DNA of 64,000 nucleotides from Escherichia phage vB_EcoP_PhAPEC7, in the sequence record NC_024790.1; one strand, given 5' to 3'. Shown here in pieces: positions 27,382 to 37,800 of this stretch. The notes under the pieces are model-generated. The model did no database searches, was not told the origin of the DNA, and worked only from the letters and a program-made list of their open reading frames with translations. Positions within the stretch are counted from its first letter, which is position 1. Every line of letters starts with the position of its first letter. A program made the translations under genes and the position numbers.

Positions 27382-27840
27382 CCCATTCAGCAGTAACATA
27401 GTCCTGATTGCATAGCACTCTAAAGACAACACTGGTAAGACAGTCCAGTGGCTGCTAATGTATTGTTATTCCCCTCGACGGGAATTTCGCTGGAGAATAG
27501 GAACTACTTAAATCCTAGCCTGAGTATTGCAATATGTGACTATCAATCACGAGAGACGGGACGACCAGACCCCTGAAGCTGGCAATATTGCATATTCATA
27601 CAAGCCTCCCAGCTATGGGTAAATAGTACTAAGTCCCTCAGAGCCGTCACTCTGGGGGACTTTTTTATTTGAGCATTAATAATTGGATAATCAATATGAT
27701 TGATCTAATCTTAACCCCGTATGCCTATGAGGTAACGGATAACCGAGGATGTAAGTCTTTGGTATTTGCAGGTAGCGTAGCCTATAACAACGCAGTTATG
27801 TTTAAGTACAAACTCAAACCACTCTATGAGGCTAATAATG

Positions 27841-28218
27841 GCAACAGTAAGTAAAGAATCAATCGAAGATAAGATTAAGAGCGTCTACTATTTCAATGGT
27901 GCTGATGCAGTAAAGTCTGCATTCGTTGACCCTTCTGCACTCCCGGCAGACGATCTGGCTAACCTGGGCCTGGTAACCTACTGTATTATCATCCTGGAAA
28001 ACGGCTTCAAAGTTGAAGGCGTATCTGCCTGTGTTGACCCAACCATCTATGATGAGTGGAAAGGCCGTCAGTATGCATATGAAAATGCATTCGATAAGAT
28101 TTGGGAAATGGAGGGTTACCTCCTACGTCAGGCATTACATGAGAAAGAGGAGACTGCTAAGGCTCTGGCTTCCTTTGCAGAAAACAACACCTGTGATGGT
28201 GGTGGTTGCACCATTTAA
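27841..28218 (+). CDS. Small phage protein of unknown function (gp49-family-like assignment is a guess)
   Basis: ATG at 27841; position immediately upstream of the vRNAP block. Confidence 0.35.
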   Translation, partial: ATVSKESIEDKIKSVYYFNGADAVKSAFVDPSALPADDLANLGLVTYCIIILENGFKVEGVSACVDPTIYDEWKGRQYAYENAFDKIWEMEGYLLRQALHEKEETAKALASFAENNTCDGGGCTI

Positions 28219-28309
28219 CAAATAAGAGTAAGGTGGTTTTTACCGAAAGGTACTGAACTACCCGACATGTGGTAAGGCTCATGAAGCCAAAACAAAACAA
28301 GCCCTCTTA

Positions 28310-28825
28310 GTGAGGGCTTTATCATTTGAGGTAGTTATGTCAGAAGAAATTAAAGTTCACTTCACCAACAACATTGGAACCAAGTGTGTAAATAGATTCC
28401 GGATTAACAAGGAAACATATTGCAAACTACGTGGCTGGGATGTGCCTGCTAATGAAGACCCATTAGAAGTAGGTTACTTAGTAGTATACCCAGATTCTAA
28501 ACCTAACCATGAGCATTTCCGTGGTTATATTAGCTGGTTACCAAGGGCTGCATTTGAAGCTGCATATTGTGATGTAGATAAGGGTTGTACTTTTGGTCAC
28601 GCCGTAGAGCTTCTCAAAGCAGGCTTCAAACTAGCCCGTAAAGGTTGGAACGGTAAGGGAATGTATATCACCTTAGTAACCGGTGAAAATTGGGCTATAG
28701 ATAAACATGAGAATACTGTTTGTGAGAAACGGGATTGGCTGGGTATTAAGACCGTTGATAACCAATTTATGCCATGGGTTCCATCCCAATCGGATGTATT
28801 AGCTGAAGACTGGGTATTAGTCTAG
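28310..28825 (+). CDS. Hypothetical phage protein with DUF2829-like C-terminal segment
   Basis: C-terminal FGHAVELLKAGFKLARKGWNGKGMYITLV...DVLAEDWVLV pattern; unverified. Confidence 0.3.
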   Translation: MRALSFEVVMSEEIKVHFTNNIGTKCVNRFRINKETYCKLRGWDVPANEDPLEVGYLVVYPDSKPNHEHFRGYISWLPRAAFEAAYCDVDKGCTFGHAVELLKAGFKLARKGWNGKGMYITLVTGENWAIDKHENTVCEKRDWLGIKTVDNQFMPWVPSQSDVLAEDWVLV

Positions 28826-28833
28826 TAAGAATT

Positions 28834-28860
28834 AAAGCCCCTCATTAGAGGGGCTTTTTT
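28834..28860. terminator. Terminator hairpin between convergent gene blocks
   Basis: AGCCCCTC-atta-GAGGGGCT followed by TTTTTT on the plus strand and a weaker T-run on the minus strand; sits between the plus-strand stop at 28825 and the vRNAP stop at 28864. Confidence 0.6.
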
Positions 28861-28863
28861 ATT

Positions 28864-31800
28864 TTAGTTTACTAAGTTCATCCAAGGGTTCAGGTTGTGA
28901 GCACGAAGCCCTTGACCAAAGCCCCATGAGTAATCCAGCCCACCCTTAGCAGCAATGCTAAAGATGTTGTCCTGAATAGGTAAGCCAACATTACCAAACA
29001 TGGTAGGAGTTGGAGCCAGCATTGCCATTGCTGCATGTACCGGGTTGTTACGAATCATGGATACTGCAACTTTTGCAGAACGGATCTTAAAGTTGTAGAA
29101 CCACATTAAACCAACGCTTTCCATATACCCACGGAAGCGACCCGGCAGACGGTCATAGTTAATGAACTCTTCAGTTACACGTCCCAGTGCTTCTTCACGA
29201 GTCTTACCTTTACGCTGGGTCAGCTCATCATAGATGATTGCTTTAGCGATAAAGTCAGAGTACTCAACTGTCTTCTGGATACCCTGGAACAGAGCAGTAT
29301 CCTTAGTAATAAGTGCATAGCGACCAGCAGTACGTACAGACTTAGGTAACTTATCAGCCAGTTTCTCCATGTATTCGTGAAGTTTACCTTCGGTAATCAG
29401 GATGTCATCACGACCGATACCAGCATCTGCAATTGAAGAGAACTCACCTGCTTCTAACAGAGGCCATATACTCATACGCTTATGACTATCAGTAATGGAC
29501 TGAATCTCAGCCTTAAGTTTACGAATCTGGTTCGGGTTAGTAGCTGCACGTAATTCTGCTTCTGCATCTACCTGACGCAGACGAGATTTAAGGTACTGGT
29601 TAATCTCAGCAGTTTTCTGTGGAATGCTCTTAGCAATGTTCTTAACCGGTACACCACGAGCAACCATTTGGTAAAGGTTAGCCAAGAAGTTAACGGCAGG
29701 TACGACTACTGACTTAACTACAATCAGAGTCTTAGCTTCTTTAACTAAGTTCTGAACCAGGTTCTCACCACCCATTGTGTACTTATAAGCACGGTTGCCA
29801 AATACACCCAGCATAGCTTTCTTGAAGGTATCCAGTGTTTCCGGGGACCAACGAGAATTACCAGACCAAGCATCACCTACAGAAGCTGCACGATAACCAA
29901 GTGCATCATTAAGCATGTCACGACGCACCCACAATTCACCCTCACCGAACAAACTCTCTGCTTTCTGACGTGTTTCACTGTTCATCAGCTTAAGAGCATC
30001 AGCAGTTACTGGGTCCAGTTTAGAACCAAGAAGGTTAACGTACTGGGACTTATTAGAGGCAGACATCTTAATGTCATTCTCATACATGCTATGCAGGTTC
30101 TCAATCAGCATATCGTTGAAACGCTGAGCCTTAGCTTCTTCCACCTGACGACCACGCCATATACCAATTGCACGGGCAAGATGGTTCTCACCTTCAATAT
30201 GCTTCAGCATGTTAGGGTCAATGGATTGCTCATAGGCAACCACATTACCTTTATCATCATATACAGGCAGGAGTGGTTCATTACCACGTTCACCACGAGC
30301 CAGTGCTTTAGTGATACGGTCTACGGAAGGCTTGTCAGTGATACGACCAGCTACCATGGAACCCATCGTAAAGCCTGTGCCGAGGTCTACGCCACCAGCA
30401 GTATCACGAACGTTCTGTAGGATACCCTGTGAGAATGGAGCCTGTGCCTGTACCGGTGCGAAGTAGTAGCTACGTGCCGGACCACGGTTAGCAGAGCTAC
30501 CCTGATAAGTACCCAGACGTACATAAGATTTCTCAATCAAATCAGCAAACTGATTATCTTCAGCAACAATCAGATTAACACCCTGTTTGTTCTCACTAGG
30601 GATATGCCCTTTGTACTGGTTCAGGGTTGCACGCATATCAGATTTGGCTTTAGCCATTTCATCTTTACGTTGACCAACTAGATAAGAGGTAGCAAAGTCC
30701 ATCCCATCAACTTCTGTCTGAGCCAGTGAAGATAACATCTCACGGTCGGACTTGTTCATTGCTTCCAGTGCATACAAAGTAATCAGCTTATCCAGTTGAG
30801 CTACATCTACAGTAGAGCGAGCAGCCTGACGTTCACCCAGCATACGAGAGATTGCAGTAGCATTACGCAGCAGGTTATTACCGACTGTACCGTTAATCAT
30901 GTACTGAGCCAGTTGCTTAGATTTACGGTTAATCAGGGGCCAGTTACGACCAGCTTGCTTCTGCAAATCTGCTTCCAGCTTGTTCACTTCACGGTCAACA
31001 ATCTTCTGGTCAGATAGCAGGTCACGGATTTCAGCCAGAGACATGGTGTCACGCAGAACAGCTAAGTCAGTTTTACCCATACCAGTGTGCATTGCTTTCC
31101 ACTCATCGTTAGTCAGCTTACGGCTGAATTTAGATGCGATAGTAGTAGGCAGGTGTTCACGGAATTGCTGACGGTCTGCCTGTACCTGTGCACGAACTGC
31201 TTTAATCAAATCGTATACAGAAGCATTGCTCTTAGTACGACCGGTTAAGTCATTAATCAAGTCGTGGAAAGGTTGCCATACCTTACCCTGGTTCATTGCA
31301 GCCATAACACCTTCAGCTACGATTGCACCATTCTTCTCTGTAGCAATGGCAGCTACCAGTTGTGCAGCATGAGCAGCACCTTTTACTAATGGATTCTTGG
31401 TATTGGCTGCAACTTCACGAGCACTTTCTAAAGCACGGGTAGACAGTGCATCAATAGAATCCACCAGATACTGGTTAGCACGGTCGATAGCATTACCACT
31501 AGGAGTAGCAACGGAATCATAGAATGACTGTGCATTAAGGCTAGTCTGCATGATTGTCTGAGCCAGTGCATCCATACCTTCCTGTACGTTGGTAGCTTTG
31601 GTATCACCTGCTACACGGGCATTCAAACTAGACATTGCAGCAGTACCGATGTTAGTCAGCATTGCATCAACGGTATTCCCAGATTTCTTATCTGCTTTCA
31701 TAACAGGAATGTTAGCCAGTACATTACGCACCTCTTCACTTACCATTGCCAGACCAACAAAAGTAGGCAGTAAGGAAGAACGACCCTGTGCGTCAAACTC

Positions 31801-34800
31801 AATATTGTTAGCACCCATGATGGTATCGAACTTCTGTTGAGCATAGTAACGGTCAGCAGGGTTAGTACTATCTGGGTCAGCCATGAATGATTCAACGGTC
31901 AGGTTCTTAGTGACGTGTGCATAGTATTCCTGTGCACGAGAAAGAGCAGCCGGACTAATAGCAGCTTCAGTAGCCAGTGCAGCAACGATATTAGTGAACA
32001 GTCGCTGTTCCTGCATATTCATAGTGAAGCCATGAGCCTGAACATCACGAGTTACTTTAGTTGCATTCACTACTGCATCAGAGAACTTACCTTTACGAAT
32101 TACTTGCTGTACTGGTTCAGAACCAATGTAGTTAATAATCAGCTTATCAAAGGTCTGTCCCAGCTCTTCCAGACGAGTATTGTCACCATACGCCTTGTTA
32201 TGGAACAAGGTAGTGTCTTTGGATACAGCAGCCGTAGGAGCCTGTCCACGCATAACCACAGATGAGTTAAACAGTAAGCCAGAGAACATATCATCTGCAT
32301 TAGCAGGTGCTTTCTTGCGACCAAATACCAGACGTTTGATTGCCTCATATACAGACTGAACCATAGTTTTCAGTGCTGTGGTTTTCTTCTGCTTACCAAT
32401 CAGTTCACGGTTAGTTAAGCCCCAAGCCATATACTCATTCAGTGCAGCAGCTTTAGCCATTGCTGGTTCAATAAAGCCATTAGACAAGTGACCGTTAATA
32501 GTATTAAGTGCATCAGCATATGCTTCACGTACTGCCGGAGATTCATTCTTAACATCCAGAGTACGGAACTGGTTCATCAAGTCTTCAATATTCTGGATTG
32601 CTTCATTAGGAGTACCCTCATAGTGAGCCAGTACGGATTCAAAAGTGGAAGCATGTACCAATTCATGAACCAGAGTCTCTAAGGAAGAGGTAACTAAGTA
32701 GATGGTCTTATCATCAAAGTTAGTCCAGCCATATGCATTACCAGCTTCGGCAGCTTCAATATCTTTTGGTGCTGGGCGAGTAATGTTCTTCTCAATAGCA
32801 TAAGCATCCAGTTGAGCAGGAGTACCGTAAACAACCTTATAGTCTTTGGCAGCAAGGGATTTCTGTACTTCTTTCAATACTGCTTGCTGTTCAGGAGTCA
32901 TCTCTTTAGCCAGTTTAGAAATGGCAGTATTGGACAACAGACGTACACCAGACTTAAGTACACGACCAACCTGTTCCATCGCTGGTACTTCTTTCACTGG
33001 TTCTGCTTTAGCAGCACGTACTGCATTACGACGCTTATTTAATTCAGCATCAAACAGCTCGTTCAGCTTAGCTACTTGCTGGTCTACAGTCAGACCTTCC
33101 AGAGAAATTTTACCGTTATTCACATATGGAGCACCTACAGCAGCCATCTGGTCAACAGTGGTCTGTACCTGGTTCATTACTTTGTGGCGAATATCTACAC
33201 CCAGAGCAATATTACGTAGGTTACGTTCAATCTGTTCAGCACCTGCACGAAGTAAGTCATCGGTAGCACCCTCACGTTGGTCATATTCCAGAGCAGACTT
33301 AGCGATAGCCTGTTTGGTTTCATCTGACAGTTTGCTGAAGTCTACATTCTTCATGAACTTAGCGTAGGAGTCATAAACATTCTTGATAGGGTTCCCCTGC
33401 CAGGAAGTGTATACAGCCTCATTTGCTTTACGACTCGCATCAGTGATGTCGTTGATACCAATGTTCATACCATCAAAGATTTTCAGGGTATTCTTCGGTG
33501 CACCTTTCATAGTAGAAAGAGTCTGCATCATCATGCCATCACCAGTACCGATGGTCATAAATGGAATACCTGCAACACCTGCTTGTGAAGGAGCATAGAT
33601 GCTCATTGGCACACGCATACGGTCATCTAAGTTGGTAGCCAGTACTTGGTTAGCAACATCAGTATTCTCACTACCAGCAATGTAGAAAGTCTGTGAACCA
33701 GTCTCAATCATTGGAGCCAGTGGAGATAATGATTCCTGGATTTCATTCAGTTCTTTCTGTGTTAAGAAATCACCCTTCTTCCAGGTTGGGTCTTTTTCTT
33801 TTTCTGCCAACTTAGTCTGTACTGCTTGCTGGAACATATCCTGCAATACCAGAGACTGAATCTGAGTAGCCTTCTGCAAGTTCTCGGTAGAGTGCATCAG
33901 ACCTTCACCAACAGTATTACGAATACCAGTTCGCATTGGTTCAACGAACAGGTGGAGCATGTTCTCCTGTAAGTTCTTCAGGGCATTACCAGATACGGTA
34001 AATTTCTGAGGGTCTAACTTACCAGTCAGAGCACCATCTACCTGCTGAATAGACAATTCACCTTTACGCATAACTGGAACATTGCCTGTCAGTGCTTCCA
34101 TAGAAGTAAGGAAAGTATCCAGCATAGCCTGAGCATCAGCCTCAGACGCAGCCTCCTTACCAAACATTGCCATAGCTGGGGAAATGCTAGGGTCAGCAGC
34201 CCGTGCTTGCAGAACGTCACTGAAGCGTTCGTAGATGGTGTCAGTAATTGCACTGACCATCTTCCCAGCAATACCACGAGCACCGGAACCATAGATGGTA
34301 ATGGTCAGTGGGTTTTTAGCGATACCACGTTTCAGGTCCAGAGTACCATCTTCATTCAGATTAAAGTCTTTAATGAACAGGTCCATTAACTTCTGAAGAT
34401 GATTCATCTGGCTCATAACCGGAACGTTGTTACGGTAAGTAGTACGTAACTCATTTAGTGCTTGTTGCAGACCATTAGTAGATGCTTCATACAGGTCAAC
34501 ACTGTCATCCTGTGAACGATGTTCGTTCATAGTCTTACCGGCTTTACCGAAGAACAGACCACCTTTAGCAGTATTCTTAATCCAGTCTGGAGTGAACTTA
34601 CCCCCAGTCATTAATACCATTGCGTTAATCGGGCCGTTGGTTACACCATCAGCTTCAACGTACAGTGGAGTAGTAAAGTTGGCACGGTCATCACTGTTCA
34701 GGTAACGGGCATATTCCATCAGAGCCATGAGAGCTACGAAGGATTTGTCACCACCCAGGGAGGTCTTCAGAATATCTACTGCATCAGCAGGTAAGTGACC

Positions 34801-37800
34801 AGACTTATCGAACTCAACCATCATATCAACAGCAGGTTTCAGATTACCTTCCAGAGCCTTGGTCAACTTTTCAGACATAGCTTCACGGGACATGTTATGT
34901 ACCTTGATGCCTAATGCCTGAGCCAGTCCTAACTGGAAGTCAGAGACTGCTTGGCTGTTTTCATTACTCAAGTCAATAGTAGAGAAGGTTGGCAGAATTG
35001 CTTCACGAACCAGCTTACTGGATTGTGGGTTATTCTTACCTAGCATCTGCATACGACCTACACGGGTCATGTTGTAACCATAGTGAATAGGAGTATCCAG
35101 ACCATTCTCTTGTTCCCGTATCTGGCTGATTACACCAAACAAGGAATCATATGCCATAGACACGGACAGGTTTTTACCCTCCAGTGACTTAGCAGTGTTC
35201 ATATTCAACAGTTCTGGATTAAGAGAACCAGCACCCATCAGTTCCAGAATGTTGTCACGACCTAAAGCTTCATAGAAGTTAACCATCGGCATGTGTACAC
35301 GGAACTCAGTAGCTTGTTCAGCTTTCAGTGCAGCTTTCTGTTCCGGGGTATTTTTAACAGCAGGGTTACGTAACTGAGTTTGAGCCACGGAAGGAATGTC
35401 GTCACCGAAGTACATTTTCTCTTCTGGTTCTAAGAGGACAGCTTCCTCAATAGCAGTAGGGAATTTGTTAATGGCATCATTGTCATCCAGCTTCTCAATG
35501 GTATACAGACCAACAGTCTTATTAGAGTCTGGGTCAATCTCAGACACATCCAGCATAGACTCTTTAACTTCACCCATTTCAATGAGGGAAGACAGAATCT
35601 CTGTAGCCATTGCCATTGGGATACCTTTTGTGTAACCCAGTGGTGCATTAGGATTACGATTCAAACCCCAATAAGATTCAATCTTCTGAGCCAGTGAGTT
35701 AGTAGCTTCGACCAGAGTCTGGGCATTCTCAAACTCAGCCAGAATACCTTCTGGTAACAGAGATGCTTCCACACCAGTAATAGCAGCTACGTCTTTCATG
35801 TCTTTAATGGCAGCATTCTGTGTAGCAGTCAGTCGCCATTGCAGTCCGGCAAGTACAGCAGTCTCTAACAACTGATCATTGAACTTAAAGGTGTCACCAT
35901 CTCGTTCAACGATATTCAGCAATTTGCCACCTACCCAACGGTTAGCTTCAGTACCTTCTGCAAAACGTTTACCAACGTTCTTATTAGCAAGGAACTTAAC
36001 CAGACGTTCAGACAAAGTAGTCTTCAGAGTTTCCCCAAAGTCCATCAAGTCCTGATAACGTTTCATCACATCACTAGTGAGAGCGTTATTTTCTTTTTGA
36101 GTGAATGCCTCAAAGCGAGCAGCAGAAGACAGTGCTTGCTTAATATCAGCCAAAGGAGATTCAGAACCAATGGTACGGGACTTAGGTTCTTCCGGTAGGG
36201 TAAATGCTTTCAGGAACTGGTTCGGTGTCTTTTCATTGTTATAGACAGGGAACACTGTTTCCATTTCTGTTTTAGTTTCAGCTACTTCCTGGATGGTATC
36301 CTCATTAGTGAGGGTAGCTTCTACTGTTTCGGGCTTAGTAGTAGAGACTTCTTCTGCTTTTGGACTAGTCTCCTTAGTAGGAGCAGTCTTATTTTCTACC
36401 ACTGGTTTAGCTTTAGGCTGTACAGTAGTAGTGTCCTCTTGCACTGGTGCAGGAGTTTCATCAACCTGATTCACTGGTTCATTAGTCTGTTGAGACTGAG
36501 TGGCATCAAGACCACCTTGACGGAACTCTTTAACTACCTGGGCAACTGGCTTGTTCAGACGTGAATCCAACGAGGTAACTTTCACATGAGAAACATTAAG
36601 CTCCGGGTAAGCCGTAGCAAGTGCGTTAGCAATATCAGCTACGGTTTTGGCCTCCAGTCCTACTTGCTGGGCAAACTTAACAGACTTGGTATCGTAAGGA
36701 TTGACACCGAGGCCAGTACGACTACGTACCCATTCACGGGAAGGCGAGAGAGCCTGATAATGGACAGACTTATTCTTATCCGCATTCCCCGAAATCAGAT
36801 GCTCATTCAACGCTCCGACCTTATTCTGCATGTGCTGGGCGAACTTCATAAAGTCGCTCAGATAAGCGGAGGCCAAATCGAAGTTACCAGAGTTATACGC
36901 AGAACGAATGCGTTTCGCATGTTGCAACGCAGAGTACTGTCCTTCATTAGAACGAGACTCATCGGTTTTAATCTGTTTACTAACAATGTCCTGAGGACGT
37001 AAGCCCAGTTCTTCTGCTTTAGCGTCGAACTCACGTGCACCCTGTAACAAGGCAGCAGCAGATTGCAGGGCAGCACGTTGACGATTCCCTAATGTAATCT
37101 TACCTTCACTTGCATGTTTAAGAACCATGTTCACTGAATCTGCATCCAGTACTTCTGGAGACACATCAGCAGCCATAGCAATGTTGTTTGCTTGGGCTTG
37201 GTTAGCTTCTTCAGTAGCTTTCAGTTTACCTGCCTCAGCCTGTTCCTGAATCATGGAATGGATAGCACGGAATGCACGAAGTACTTTAGGGGTATTCTGT
37301 ACGTTAGCCATCAGGCCGGAGAACTGGTCTACGATTGCAGCAGCAGGGGAACCTTGTTCCAGATTAGCCAGAGCACCTGGGTCACGGTTAATGAAGTTAT
37401 CCATAGACATGATGTTGTCATACATCTGAATTGCAGCTTCCATTTGAACGTTAGGGTCTTCGGCAGTATTAACCAAGTCAGCCATCTTCTGAATAGCTTC
37501 TACACGGTTAGTGGAACCAGAAACAGCTTCACGGATTACTGGGTTAACTTGTTCCAATTCTACTGGGTCAAACTTCATTGCCTGAGTTAAATCAGCAGCA
37601 TACTGGGTAGCAGCAGCTTTCTCTTCTGGAGTGATATCCATTGCATCTACTGCTTCTTGTACAGTTGCTTGTGCTTGCTCTGCTTGAGCAGCAGCTTCCT
37701 GTGCAGCAGCATTAACCGTAGCATCAGCTACAGGGGATGCTTGTTCATTACGCTTAGCAACTTCTTCACCACGTTGAACCAGGATGTTAGTAAGGGGAGA

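Noticed and set aside
27410-27430. Amber-suppressor tRNA (anticodon CTA) that could read through the endonuclease TAG
   Set aside because: The only TCTAA loop candidate has no complementary stem; no suppressor tRNA could be supported.
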